Source of the DNA: Acidimicrobiales bacterium | GTDB taxonomy: Bacteria > Actinomycetota > Acidimicrobiia > Acidimicrobiales > Bog-793 | Direction of reading: 5' to 3' | Length of the DNA stretch: 64,000 nt | NCBI GenBank assembly: GCA_035294085.1 | Contig: DATGLP010000002.1 | Coordinates: 30,061 to 94,060, forward strand | Part shown: positions 7,829 through 17,449 of the stretch, in pieces | Position numbering within the stretch: position 1 is the first letter of the stretch | Layout of the letters: every line of letters begins with the position of its first letter | Position numbers and translations under genes: made by a program | The notes under the pieces: generated by a model | What the model was told of the DNA's origin: nothing | What the model saw: the letters and a program-made list of their open reading frames with translations, nothing else | Databases searched by the model: none

Positions 7829-8737
7829 ATGAGCGCGGCGCGCCTGCGGCTGGCGACGCGGCGCAGCCCGCTCGCCATGCGCCAGGCGGAGCTCGTCGCG
7901 GCGCAGCTCGAGGCGTCGAGCAGGATCGCCGTCGACCTCGTGCCGCTCGAGACGCTCGGCGACCGTCTCGCCGGGGTCCCCATCTCCTCGCTGGCCGGCC
8001 GCGGCGTGTTCAGCGCGGAGGTCGACCTGGCGGTGCTGTCGGGGCGTGCCGACGCGGCGGTGCACTCGGCGAAGGACCTGCCGGCGAGCAGCGCCGAGGA
8101 CGGGCTGTGCATCGCGGCGGTGCCCGAGCGCTCCGCCGTGCAGGACGCCCTCGTCGGCCGTCGCCTCGACGAGCTGGCGCCGGGTGCACTCGTCGCCACC
8201 GGCGCGCCCCGCCGGCGCGCCCAGCTCGCCTGGCTGCGCCCGGACCTCGGCTTCGTCGAGCTGCGCGGGAACGTGCACACGAGGCTGTCGAAGGTGCCCG
8301 CAGCCGGCGCGGTCGTCGTCGCGCTCGCGGCGCTCTGCCGCCTCGGCCTGGAGGCCGAGGCGGCCGAGGTGCTCCCGACGACCGCCGTCCTGCCCCAGGT
8401 CGGCCAGGGGGCGCTGGCCGTGCGCTGCCGGGAGGACGACGGTGCGACCCGCGAGGCGCTGGCGGCGATCGACCACCCGGGCTCGCACCGAGCGCTGCTC
8501 GCGGAGCGGGCGCTGCTCGCCGGCCTCGGGGGCGGCTGCGACGCGCCGATCGGCGGGCTCGCGACCGAGATCGGCGCTGGCGGCCTGCGGCTCGAGGGGG
8601 TCCTCGCGAGCGCCGACGGCCACGTCGTGGTCCGTCGCGCGCTCGAAGGCGACGACCCGACGGCGCTCGGCCGGGCCCTTGCCGCCGAGCTGCTCGAGGC
8701 CGCCGGAGGGAGGGCGCTCGTCGGGGATCGGCCGTGA
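7829..8737 (+). CDS. hemC: Porphobilinogen deaminase (hydroxymethylbilane synthase)
   Basis: ..LRLATRRSPLAMRQAELV.., ..VHSAKDLP.., ..LRGNVHTRL.., ..GGGCDAPIGG (dipyrromethane Cys). Confidence 0.9.
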   Translation: MSAARLRLATRRSPLAMRQAELVAAQLEASSRIAVDLVPLETLGDRLAGVPISSLAGRGVFSAEVDLAVLSGRADAAVHSAKDLPASSAEDGLCIAAVPERSAVQDALVGRRLDELAPGALVATGAPRRRAQLAWLRPDLGFVELRGNVHTRLSKVPAAGAVVVALAALCRLGLEAEAAEVLPTTAVLPQVGQGALAVRCREDDGATREALAAIDHPGSHRALLAERALLAGLGGGCDAPIGGLATEIGAGGLRLEGVLASADGHVVVRRALEGDDPTALGRALAAELLEAAGGRALVGDRP

Positions 8738-10227
8738 CCGTCTACCTCGTCGGAGCCGGCCCCGGCGATCCGGGGCTGCTCACGCGCCGCGCCGAGCGCC
8801 TCCTCCAGGCGGCGGACGTCGTCGTGCACGACCGCCTCGTCGACCCGGCGGTCCTCGCGCTGGCGCGACCGGGGGCCGAGCTCGTCGACGTCGGCAAGCC
8901 GGTCGGCGGCGGTGCCCCGGACCAGGGCGCGATCAACGACCTCCTCGTGCGCCGCGGGGCTCGCGAGACGGTCGTCCGGCTGAAGGGAGGGGACCCCTAC
9001 GTCTTCGGGCGCGGCGGGGAGGAGGCGCTCGCCCTCGAGGCCGCCGGCGTCGACTACGAGGTCGTCCCCGGCGTGCCGTCGATCGCCGCCGTGCCGGCGG
9101 CGGCCGGCGTCCCCCTCACGATGCGCGGGGTGTCCTCCACGATCGCCGTCGTGACCGGCCACGACCCGGGGGCGCTGGCGTCCTGGCCGCCGCCGTCGAG
9201 CCAGGCGACCCTCGTCGTGCTCATGGGCGCGGCCCGTCGCGCCGAGGTCGCCGAGCACCTCCTCGCCGCGGGCTGGCCGGAGGACACCCCGGTGCTCGCC
9301 GTCACGGCGGGGACGACGCCCGAGCAGACGAGCCTGCGCACGACCCTCGCAGGCCTCGGCGGCGCGCCGGTCGAGAGCCCGGCGACCATCGTGGTCGGCC
9401 GGGTGGCCGGGCTGCACCTCGCGTCCATCGAGGCCCGCCCGCTGTTCGGCTGGAGCGTCGTCGTGACCCGCCCGGCGCGCCAGGCGGGGCGCCTCCTCGA
9501 GCAGCTCGCCGAGGCGGGCGCGCGCCCGATCGCCTTCCCGACGATCGAGGTGGCACCGCCGAGCGACCCGGGCGCGCTCGAGGCCGCGGCGCGCCGAGCC
9601 GGGTCCTTCGAGTGGGTCGTCTTCGCGTCGGCGAACGCCGTCGAGGCGCTCTTCGCCCACCTGCGCGACGCGCGCGACCTCGGCGCTGCCCGGGTCGCCG
9701 CGGTCGGCCCCGCGACGGCGCGCGCGCTCGCCGAGCGGGGGGTGCGCGCCGACCTCGTCGCGACGCGCGCCGTCGCCGAGGGGCTCGTCGAGGCGTTCCC
9801 GCCGGCGCCGGAAGGGCGGCGGCCGCCGGTGCTCGTGCCCCGCGCCGCCGCCGCCCGCGACGCCCTTGTCGAGGGGCTCGCTGCGCTCGGCTACGAGGTC
9901 GAGGCCGTCGAGGCCTACCGCAGCGTCCCGCCCGCCGCCGCGGAGGAGGCGCTGCGCGCGCTCGAGGGCGCGCACGCCGTCGTCTTCTCCTCGCCGTCGA
10001 CGGTGCGCGGCTTCCTCGCGCTGGCCGGGCGCGAGCTGCTGCCGCCGGTCGCCGTGTCGATCGGACCCGAGACGACCCGCGCGGCGAAGGCCGCGGGGGT
10101 GGCAGTGGAGTGCGAGGCGACCCGTCACGACGCCGAGGGGATCGTCGCCGCCCTCGCCTCGTACGCACGCGGCCGGCCTCGCCCCGTGGGCGCGGGCCCG
10201 GGGGCGGGGGCGCCGGGCCCGCGGTAG
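8734..10227 (+). CDS. cobA-hemD: Bifunctional uroporphyrinogen-III C-methyltransferase / uroporphyrinogen-III synthase
   Basis: GTG 8734 overlaps the hemC TGA (GTGA). N-half: VYLVGAGPGDPGLLT..VVRLKGGDPYVFGRGGEE (SUMT). C-half: ..[26 protein letters not shown].. (HemD). The same fusion is known in mycobacterial hemD/cysG. Confidence 0.85.
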   Translation: MTVYLVGAGPGDPGLLTRRAERLLQAADVVVHDRLVDPAVLALARPGAELVDVGKPVGGGAPDQGAINDLLVRRGARETVVRLKGGDPYVFGRGGEEALALEAAGVDYEVVPGVPSIAAVPAAAGVPLTMRGVSSTIAVVTGHDPGALASWPPPSSQATLVVLMGAARRAEVAEHLLAAGWPEDTPVLAVTAGTTPEQTSLRTTLAGLGGAPVESPATIVVGRVAGLHLASIEARPLFGWSVVVTRPARQAGRLLEQLAEAGARPIAFPTIEVAPPSDPGALEAAARRAGSFEWVVFASANAVEALFAHLRDARDLGAARVAAVGPATARALAERGVRADLVATRAVAEGLVEAFPPAPEGRRPPVLVPRAAAARDALVEGLAALGYEVEAVEAYRSVPPAAAEEALRALEGAHAVVFSSPSTVRGFLALAGRELLPPVAVSIGPETTRAAKAAGVAVECEATRHDAEGIVAALASYARGRPRPVGAGPGAGAPGPR

Positions 10228-10237
10228 TCTCGTGCCG

Positions 10238-11245
10238 ATGCCCGAGCCGCTTCGCGTCGGCGGCTACCCGGCGAGGAGGATGCGCCGGCTGCGCCGCACG
10301 CCGGCGCTGCGGCGCATGGTCGCCGAGACGAGGCTGTCCGTCGACGACCTCGTCGCGCCGCTGTTCGTCCGGGAGGGCATCGACGAGCCGGTGCCGGTGG
10401 CGTCGATGCCCGGCGTCGTGCAGCACACGGTGGCGTCGCTGCGAGCCGAGGCGAAGCGCCTCGTGTCCCTCGGCGTGCCGGCGATCCTGCTCTTCGGCGT
10501 GCCCGAGCGCAAGGACGCCACCGGCTCGCAGGCGTCGGCCCCCGACGGGATCGTCCAGGTCGCGCTGGCGGAGCTGCGCGCCGAGGTGGGCGACGCGCTC
10601 GTGTGCATCGCGGACTGCTGCCTCGACGAGTACACCGACCACGGCCACTGCGGCCTCGTCCGCGCCGACGGCACGGTGGACAACGACGCCACCCTCGAGC
10701 GCTACGCGGAGATCGCCGTCGCCCAGGCTCGAGCCGGCGCCGACGTCGTCGCGCCGAGCGGGATGATGGACGGCCAGGTCTCGGCCATCCGGACCGCCCT
10801 CGACGCCGCCGGCCACGCCGAGACGGCGATCCTCGCCTACGCGGCGAAGTACGCGTCGGCCCTCTACGGGCCCTTCCGGGATGCCGTCGACGTGACGATC
10901 GCAGGCGGCGGCGACCGGCGCGGCTACCAGCAGGACCCCGCGAACCGGCGCGAGGCGCTCGCCGAGGTGCGGCTCGACCTGGCCGAGGGGGCCGACCTGG
11001 TCATGGTCAAGCCGGCGCTCTTCTACCTCGACGTGGTCTCGGACGTGCGCGCCGCGGTGGACGTTCCCGTCGTCACCTACCACGTCTCCGGCGAGTACGC
11101 GATGCTCGCCGCCGCCGCCGAGCGGGGCTGGCTCGACCGGCGCGCGGTCGCCCTCGAGGCGCTGTACGCGATGCGACGTGCCGGCGCCGACCTCGTGTGC
11201 ACGTACCTCGCCGCCGAGGTGGCCGAGGCGCTCGGCTCGCGGTGA
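10238..11245 (+). CDS. hemB: Porphobilinogen synthase (delta-aminolevulinate dehydratase)
   Basis: ..RRMRRLRRTPALRRMV.., ..CIADCCLDEYTDHGHCG (Zn site), ..APSGMMDG.., ..VMVKPA (Schiff-base Lys), ..YHVSGEYAM.. Confidence 0.92.
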   Translation: MPEPLRVGGYPARRMRRLRRTPALRRMVAETRLSVDDLVAPLFVREGIDEPVPVASMPGVVQHTVASLRAEAKRLVSLGVPAILLFGVPERKDATGSQASAPDGIVQVALAELRAEVGDALVCIADCCLDEYTDHGHCGLVRADGTVDNDATLERYAEIAVAQARAGADVVAPSGMMDGQVSAIRTALDAAGHAETAILAYAAKYASALYGPFRDAVDVTIAGGGDRRGYQQDPANRREALAEVRLDLAEGADLVMVKPALFYLDVVSDVRAAVDVPVVTYHVSGEYAMLAAAAERGWLDRRAVALEALYAMRRAGADLVCTYLAAEVAEALGSR

Positions 11246-12555
11246 GCCAGCGGCTCGCGTCGTCGGCAGCGCTCTTCGAGCGGGCACGCGCGGTCATCCC
11301 CGGCGGGGTGAACTCGCCGGTCCGGGCATTCCGTGCGGTCGGGGGCGAGCCGTTCTTCGTGGCGTCGGCCTCGGGTGCCTACGTCACCGACGTCGACGGG
11401 AGGCGCTACGTCGACTACGTGCAGTCCTGGGGCGCCTCCATCCTCGGCCACGCCCACCCCGAGGTGGTGCGCGCGGTGGCCGCCGCGGCCGAGCGGGGCA
11501 CCACCTTCGGCGCGCCGACCGAAGGCGAGGTCCGTCTCGCCGAGACGCTCGTCGAGGCCGTGCCCGGCTGCGAGATGGTCCGGCTCGTGTCGTCCGGGAC
11601 GGAGGCGGCGATGACGGCGGTGCGCGTCGCCCGGGGCTTCACCGGGCGCGACCGCATCGTGAAGTTCGCCGGCTGCTACCACGGCCACGCCGACGCGCTC
11701 CTCGCCGCGGGAGGAAGCGGCGTGGCCACGCTCGGGCTCGCGGGCTCGGCGGGCGTTCCGGCTCGAGCGGTCGCGGACACGCTCGTCGTGCCCTTCAACG
11801 TCGTCCCCGAGCTCGACGAGCGCGTCGCCTGCGTGATCGTCGAGCCGGTGGCGGCGAACATGGGCCTCGTCGCACCCGTGCCCGGCTTCCTCGAGGGCCT
11901 GCGCCGGGCGTGCGACGAGGTGGGCGCGCTCCTCGTCTTCGACGAGGTGATCACCGGCTTCCGGCTGGGGCGGGCCGGCGCCGCGGGCCGCTACCACGTC
12001 ACGCCGGACCTCGTGTGCCTCGGCAAGGTGATCGGCGGCGGCCTGCCGCTCGCCGCGCTGGGCGGACGGGCCGCGGTGATGGAGGTGCTCGCCCCTTCGG
12101 GCGAGGTCTACCAGGCGGGGACGCTGTCGGGGAACCCGCTCGCCACCGCCGCGGGCCTCGCGGTGCTCGGAGTGCTCGGCGACGACGCCTTCGAGCTCCT
12201 CGAGCGTCGCGTCGGCGCCCTCGTTGCCGGGCTCGCCGAGGCCTTCGCCGAGGCCGACCTCGCAGCGCAGGTGCCCCAGGTCGGCACGCTCGCGGGGGTC
12301 TTCTTCGCCGACGCGCCGGTGCGCGACTACGAGGGCGCTCGCGCCGCTGCGCACGAGCGCTACGCGGCCTTCTTCGCCGAGATGCTCGCGCGCGGCGTCG
12401 CGCTGCCGCCGAGCCCCTACGAGGTGCTCTTCTGCTCGCTCGCCCACGGCGAGGCGGAGCTCGCCCGCACGCTCGAGGCCGCCGCGGCCTCCGCCAGGGC
12501 GGTCGCGGCGGCCGAGCGGTCGCGGCGCGTCGCCAGGCGCACGAGGGCCCGGTAG
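11242..12555 (+). CDS. hemL: Glutamate-1-semialdehyde 2,1-aminomutase
   Basis: GTG 11242 overlaps the hemB TGA. ..IPGGVNSPVRAF.., ..YVDYVQSWGASILGHAHP.., ..LVFDEVITGFR.., ..LGKVIGGGLP (PLP Lys). Confidence 0.92.
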   Translation: MSQRLASSAALFERARAVIPGGVNSPVRAFRAVGGEPFFVASASGAYVTDVDGRRYVDYVQSWGASILGHAHPEVVRAVAAAAERGTTFGAPTEGEVRLAETLVEAVPGCEMVRLVSSGTEAAMTAVRVARGFTGRDRIVKFAGCYHGHADALLAAGGSGVATLGLAGSAGVPARAVADTLVVPFNVVPELDERVACVIVEPVAANMGLVAPVPGFLEGLRRACDEVGALLVFDEVITGFRLGRAGAAGRYHVTPDLVCLGKVIGGGLPLAALGGRAAVMEVLAPSGEVYQAGTLSGNPLATAAGLAVLGVLGDDAFELLERRVGALVAGLAEAFAEADLAAQVPQVGTLAGVFFADAPVRDYEGARAAAHERYAAFFAEMLARGVALPPSPYEVLFCSLAHGEAELARTLEAAAASARAVAAAERSRRVARRTRAR

Positions 12556-13814
12556 GCGAGCTCGGCCGGCCCGGTCTCGTCGTCGCGCAGCATGTTCGAC
12601 ATGATGCGCAGCACCCAGCCCATCACCGAGGCGGAGTGCATGCCCGTCGCCACGAGGCGGCGCATGAGGTCGGGCCGGCCCATGGCGCGCATGCAGGCGG
12701 ACGCGACCTTGTAGTAGAGGCCGTACTCCTCCTCGAGGCGTGCCGCGTAGGCGGCGAGGGCGCCCTGGCCGCCGCCCGCCGCCGCCTCCGAGATCGTCGT
12801 CGCCGCGAGCCGCCCGGTCTCGTACGCGTAGGCGATGCCCTCCCCGTTGAAGGGGTTGATCGCGCCCCCGGCGTCGCCGACGAGGAGCCAGTCCGGGCCG
12901 ACGCGCGGGCCGACCGACAGGCCGGTCGGCAGCCGTCCACCCGTCGGCGGCCCGAGGCGCGTCTCGGACGAGAGGCACCACGAGGTGGGCGCGAACGCGA
13001 CGAAGGCGTCGAAGAGCCTCGAGGTGTTCACGGAGCGCCAGCGGTCGAACGTCGACAGCAGGCCGACGCCGACGTTCACCCGTCCGTCGCCGAGCGGGAA
13101 GATCCACCCGTAGCCGGGGACCACGTTCCCCGCCTCGTCGCGCACGTCGAGGTGCGACTCGAGGTAGGGCTCAGCCGAGCGAGGCGAGGCGTAGTAGCCG
13201 CGAAGCGCCAGCCCGAGCGGCAGCGAGCGGTCCCGCTGCGTCCCGAGCGCGCGCCCGAAGCGCGAGTTGGCGCCGTCGGCGACGACGACGAAGCGGGCGC
13301 GCACCTCCGTCGTGGTGCCGCGCTCGCGCTCGACGACGACGGCGCCCTCGGCCGGCCCGCCTCGGCCTGCACCCGCACCGAGCGGCGCGACGGCCTCCGC
13401 GCCCTGCCAGAGCGTGGCCCCTGCCTTCTCCGCGTGCCCGGCGACGAGGGCGTCGAGGTCGCGCCGCGTGACGACGAGGCCATGGTCGGGCAGTCCTCGC
13501 CGGCGCGGCCAGGCGAGGGCGAGCTCCCTGGCGAAGGCGTGCGCCCGCAGCCCGACGAAGCGGTGGAACCCGGCGAGCTCGTCGCCGAGGCCCATGTCGT
13601 GCAGCTGACGGACCGACCGTGGGGTGAGGCCGTCGCCGCAGGTCTTGTCGCGCGGGAAGCGCTTCTTGTCGACGACGAGCACGTCGAGGCCGGCGGTGGC
13701 GAGCCAGTAGGCGGCGGCCGCCCCGCTCGGCCCCGCGCCGACGACGAGCACGTCGTGGCGGCGATCGCTGCGGGCGCGCCCGGCGGGCGGCGCGCCGTCG
13801 GAGGGTGCGGGCAC
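12417..13814 (-). CDS. FAD-dependent geranylgeranyl-reductase-family oxidoreductase (MenJ/GGR-like)
   Basis: ..HDVLVVGAGPSGAAAAYWLA (GxGxxG), ..RFPRDKTCGDGLTPRS.., ..LLVGDAGGAINPFNGEGI... Last ~46 codons are antisense to the hemL 3' end. Divergent from nuoA. Confidence 0.75.
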   Translation of the reverse strand: MPAPSDGAPPAGRARSDRRHDVLVVGAGPSGAAAAYWLATAGLDVLVVDKKRFPRDKTCGDGLTPRSVRQLHDMGLGDELAGFHRFVGLRAHAFARELALAWPRRRGLPDHGLVVTRRDLDALVAGHAEKAGATLWQGAEAVAPLGAGAGRGGPAEGAVVVERERGTTTEVRARFVVVADGANSRFGRALGTQRDRSLPLGLALRGYYASPRSAEPYLESHLDVRDEAGNVVPGYGWIFPLGDGRVNVGVGLLSTFDRWRSVNTSRLFDAFVAFAPTSWCLSSETRLGPPTGGRLPTGLSVGPRVGPDWLLVGDAGGAINPFNGEGIAYAYETGRLAATTISEAAAGGGQGALAAYAARLEEEYGLYYKVASACMRAMGRPDLMRRLVATGMHSASVMGWVLRIMSNMLRDDETGPAELAYRALVRLATRRDRSAAATALAEAAAASSVRASSASPWASEQKSTS

Positions 13815-13924
13815 GGCCCGAGCGTACCGGCCGGGGAGGCCCTCGGCCGTCCCGGCGCGCCGGACAGGGCGCTCGCGCCCAATGTGACCGCCTCCGGCGA
13901 GCCGTGGTAGAACGGGCCGAAGCC

Positions 13925-14377
13925 ATGGGAAGCCTCGACAGCTACCTGCCGATCTTCATGCTCCTCGTGCTCGGCGTGCTCTTCGCCGGGCTCTCCCTCG
14001 CCGCCTCCCGGCTGCTCGCCCCGCGCCGGCCGACGGCGGCGAAGGACGCCCCCTACGAGTGCGGGATCGTCCCCACCTACGAGCCGCCCCGGCGCTTCCC
14101 GGTGCGCTTCTACCTCGTCGCGATGATCTTCATCATCTTCGACATCGAAATTGTCTTCCTGTTCCCCTGGGCCGTCGTGTACCGTCAGCTCGGCCGCTTC
14201 GGCCTCGTCGAGATCATCGTCTTCGCGGCCGCGGTCTTCTTCTCGTTCCTCTACCTCGTCGCGGACGGCGCCATCGACTGGGGCCCGATCAAGCGCGTCC
14301 GCCCGGTGGCCCCCTCGGGCCGCACGACGCGCACGACGATCCGTCGCGCCGCCTCGGCGCCGGGGGAAGCGGCCTAG
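13925..14377 (+). CDS. nuoA: NADH-quinone oxidoreductase subunit A
   Basis: [18 protein letters not shown].., ..YECG.., ..[22 protein letters not shown].. Confidence 0.9.
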   Translation: MGSLDSYLPIFMLLVLGVLFAGLSLAASRLLAPRRPTAAKDAPYECGIVPTYEPPRRFPVRFYLVAMIFIIFDIEIVFLFPWAVVYRQLGRFGLVEIIVFAAAVFFSFLYLVADGAIDWGPIKRVRPVAPSGRTTRTTIRRAASAPGEAA

Positions 14378-14386
14378 GAGGTCGGC

Positions 14387-14962
14387 GTGGCGTCCTGGCA
14401 GGGGCTCGAGTCGCTGACCCACAACTTCCTCGTCGGGCGGCTCGAGGAGCTCGTCAAGTGGGCCCGGCGCATGAGCATGTGGCCGGCCACCTTCGGCCTC
14501 GCGTGCTGCGCCATCGAGATGATGGCAGCGGGCACCGCCGAGTACGACCTCGCCCGCTTCGGCATGGAGGTCTTCCGGCCGTCGCCGCGCCAGGCCGACC
14601 TCATGATCGTGGCGGGGCGCGTCTCGCAGAAGATGGCCCCGGTGCTCCGCCAGGTCTACGACCAGATGGTCGAGCCGAAGTGGGTCATCTCCATGGGCGT
14701 GTGCGCGTCGACCGGGGGGATGTTCAACAACTACGCCATCGTCCAGGGCGTCGACGAGATCGTCCCCGTGGACGTCTACGCGCCGGGCTGCCCCCCGAGC
14801 CCGCAGACGCTCATGCACGCCATCCTCACGCTCCACGAGAAGGTGCGCACGGGAGAGCTCGCCCGTCGGCGCAAGGGGGCAGGCGCACCCACCGAGCCGG
14901 TCGAGGTCCCCGGCTGGGTGCAGCCGCTCTCGGTCCCGGTGCACGTCGGGACCCCGCGGTGA
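14387..14962 (+). CDS. nuoB: NADH-quinone oxidoreductase subunit B
   Basis: ..[14 protein letters not shown].., ..[14 protein letters not shown].., ..YAPGCPPSP (N2 cluster Cys ligands). Confidence 0.95.
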   Translation: MASWQGLESLTHNFLVGRLEELVKWARRMSMWPATFGLACCAIEMMAAGTAEYDLARFGMEVFRPSPRQADLMIVAGRVSQKMAPVLRQVYDQMVEPKWVISMGVCASTGGMFNNYAIVQGVDEIVPVDVYAPGCPPSPQTLMHAILTLHEKVRTGELARRRKGAGAPTEPVEVPGWVQPLSVPVHVGTPR

Positions 14963-15483
14963 GCGCCGCCGCGGCACCGGGCGCACCGCTGCGGTCGCTG
15001 GCCGAGCTGCCGGCGTGCGCGGGCGTGCCCGCCGTCCGCTCGCACGACCAGGACGTGCTCTTCCCGAGCCGGGAGCGCTACGTGGCGCTCGCCGAGGCGC
15101 TGCGCGACGCCGGCTTCGCGATGTGCGCGGACCTCTGCGCCGTCGACTACCTGCGCCACCCGGACCGGCCGCTCCCCGCCGAGGTGGTGCCGGAGCGCTT
15201 CGAGGTGGTCGTCAACCTCCTCGCCCTCGATCCGTTCCAGCGCGTCCGCCTGCGCGTGCAGGTGCCCGAGGACGACGCCCGCTGCCCGACCCTCTTCTAC
15301 GTCTACCCGGGCAGCGAGAACATGGAGCGGGAGGCCTACGACCTGTTCGGGATCGTGTTCACCGACCACCCGGACATGACCCGCATCCTCATGCCCCAGG
15401 ACTGGGAGGGCCATCCGCTCCGCAAGGACTACAGCGTCGGCCGCGTCCCGGTGCAGTTCAAGGAGGCCCCGGGGCCGCGATGA
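14959..15483 (+). CDS. nuoC: NADH-quinone oxidoreductase subunit C
   Basis: GTG 14959 overlaps the nuoB TGA. ..[10 protein letters not shown].., ..[30 protein letters not shown].. Confidence 0.9.
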   Translation: MSAAAAPGAPLRSLAELPACAGVPAVRSHDQDVLFPSRERYVALAEALRDAGFAMCADLCAVDYLRHPDRPLPAEVVPERFEVVVNLLALDPFQRVRLRVQVPEDDARCPTLFYVYPGSENMEREAYDLFGIVFTDHPDMTRILMPQDWEGHPLRKDYSVGRVPVQFKEAPGPR

Positions 15484-16871
15484 CCGTTCGCCGCGTCCTC
15501 CACCCGGACGCCCCCGGCGCGCGCACCGTCGTGCCCGACGAGGCCGAGGAGGCCCGCCTCGAGCACGAGACGCTGGAGGGTCCCCAGGAGCTACGCCCCC
15601 GCGAGGCGACGAGCCCGATCGAGCTGCTCATCGAGGAGGGTGCCGTGCTGCGGCTCCCCGAGGACGCGGCGCTCGACCCCGACGAGGCAGACGTGCGCTT
15701 CGGCGAGGGCGAGACCATGATCCTCAACCTGGGCCCGCAGCACCCCTCGACCCACGGCGTGCTGCGGATGATGCTCGAGCTCGAGGGCGAGACGGTGGTC
15801 CGCTCGAAGCCGATCATCGGCTACCTCCACACCGGGATGGAGAAGACCGGCGAGGAGCTGCCCTACATCTCCGGCGGGACGAACGTCACGCGCATGGACT
15901 ACCTCTCGCCGCTGTTCAACGAGCTCGTCTACGCCCTCGCCGTCGAGCGCCTCCTCGACGTGGAGGTCCCGCCGCGCGCGACGTGGATCCGGATGCTCAT
16001 GTGCGAGCTCAACCGCATCGCCTCGCACTGCATGTGGGCGGCGACGAACGGCATGGACCTCGCCTCGACGACGATGATGATCTTCGGCTTTCGCGAGCGC
16101 GACCTCGTCCTGTCCTTCTTCGAGAAGGTCACCGGGCTGCGGATGAACCACAACTACATCCGCCCCGGGGGGGTGGCCGCCGACCTGCCCGACGGCTGGG
16201 AGGACGACGTCGCCGCCGTCGTCGACACGATCGAGCTGCGCGTCGACGACTACGACGAGCTCATCACGAACCAGCCGATCTTCCGTGAGCGCACCGAGGG
16301 GGTCGGGATCATGCGGCCCGAGCTGGCGATTGCGCTCTCGGCCACCGGACCGATCCTGCGGGCCGCCGGCGTGCCGCTCGACCTGCGGCGCGCCCAGCCC
16401 TACCTCGCCTACGACGAGGTCGACTTCGACGTCATCGTCGGTACCGTCGGGGACACCTTCGACCGCTACGCGGTGCGGCTCCAGGAGATCCGCGAGTCGG
16501 TCCGCATCGTTCGCCAGATCCTCGAGAAGATGCCGGCCGGCGACTACCGCCTCCAGGACAAGAAGGTGACCCCGCCGCCTCGCGCCCGCATCGACGAGTC
16601 GATGGAGGCGCTCATCCACCACTTCAAGCTCTTCACGCGCGGCATCGAGGTGCCGGCCGGGGAGACCTACGTCGCCGTCGAGTCGCCCCGCGGCGAGCTC
16701 GGCTGCTACCTCGTCGCCGACGGCTCGAACAAGCCCTACCGGATGCACATCCGCGCGCCGAGCTTCGTCAACCTCCAGAGCGTGCCCGCCCTCCTGCGCC
16801 AGGGCCTCGTGGCGGACGCCATCGCCATCTTGTCGTCGGTGGACCCGGTGATCGGCGAGGTCGACCGCTGA
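15480..16871 (+). CDS. nuoD: NADH-quinone oxidoreductase subunit D
   Basis: ATG 15480 overlaps the nuoC TGA. ..LNLGPQHPSTHGVLRMMLELEGE.., ..YLHTGMEK.., ..VESPRGELG... Acidic N-terminal extension of about 75 aa before the conserved core. Confidence 0.95.
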   Translation: MTVRRVLHPDAPGARTVVPDEAEEARLEHETLEGPQELRPREATSPIELLIEEGAVLRLPEDAALDPDEADVRFGEGETMILNLGPQHPSTHGVLRMMLELEGETVVRSKPIIGYLHTGMEKTGEELPYISGGTNVTRMDYLSPLFNELVYALAVERLLDVEVPPRATWIRMLMCELNRIASHCMWAATNGMDLASTTMMIFGFRERDLVLSFFEKVTGLRMNHNYIRPGGVAADLPDGWEDDVAAVVDTIELRVDDYDELITNQPIFRERTEGVGIMRPELAIALSATGPILRAAGVPLDLRRAQPYLAYDEVDFDVIVGTVGDTFDRYAVRLQEIRESVRIVRQILEKMPAGDYRLQDKKVTPPPRARIDESMEALIHHFKLFTRGIEVPAGETYVAVESPRGELGCYLVADGSNKPYRMHIRAPSFVNLQSVPALLRQGLVADAIAILSSVDPVIGEVDR

Positions 16872-17449
16872 TGGCGCGCCTCAGCGCCGAGACGCGTCGG
16901 CGCGCCCTCGAGGTCGTCTCGCTCTACCCGAGGCGTCGCTCCGCCCTCATCCCGCTGTGCCACCTCGCCCAGGCGCAGGACGGCTACCTGAGCGCCGAGG
17001 CGATGGAGGACATCGCGGAGATCCTCGGGATCACCCCGGCGGAGGTGCGGGGCACGGCGAGCTTCTACGAGATGCTCCACCTCGAGCCGGTCGGTCGCCA
17101 CGTCATCGCCGTGTGCACGAACATCGCCTGCATGCTGCGCGGCGCCTACGAGCTGCTCGAGCACGCCGAGGCGCGCCTCGGGATCGGCGTCGGGCAGACG
17201 ACGCCGGACGGGGAGTTCACCCTCGAGGACGCCGAGTGCGTCGCGGCGTGCGACATCGCCCCGTGCGTGCAGGTGAACCACCGCTTCTTCGGGCCGCTCG
17301 ATCCGTCGGGCTTCGACTCGCTCGTCGAGGACCTGCGGCGCGGGGCCCTCGCCGACGTCGTACCACCGCACGGGGTGCTGTGCCGCGTCGAGCGGACCGT
17401 CGGCCTACCGGCGGCCGAGGCGCGCCGCGACGGGGGGGCGCGCCCGTGA
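16871..17449 (+). CDS. nuoE: NADH-quinone oxidoreductase subunit E
   Basis: ..YPRRRSALIPLCHLAQ.., ..VCTNIACMLRG.., ..AECVAACDIAPC (2Fe-2S ligands). Confidence 0.93.
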   Translation: MARLSAETRRRALEVVSLYPRRRSALIPLCHLAQAQDGYLSAEAMEDIAEILGITPAEVRGTASFYEMLHLEPVGRHVIAVCTNIACMLRGAYELLEHAEARLGIGVGQTTPDGEFTLEDAECVAACDIAPCVQVNHRFFGPLDPSGFDSLVEDLRRGALADVVPPHGVLCRVERTVGLPAAEARRDGGARP

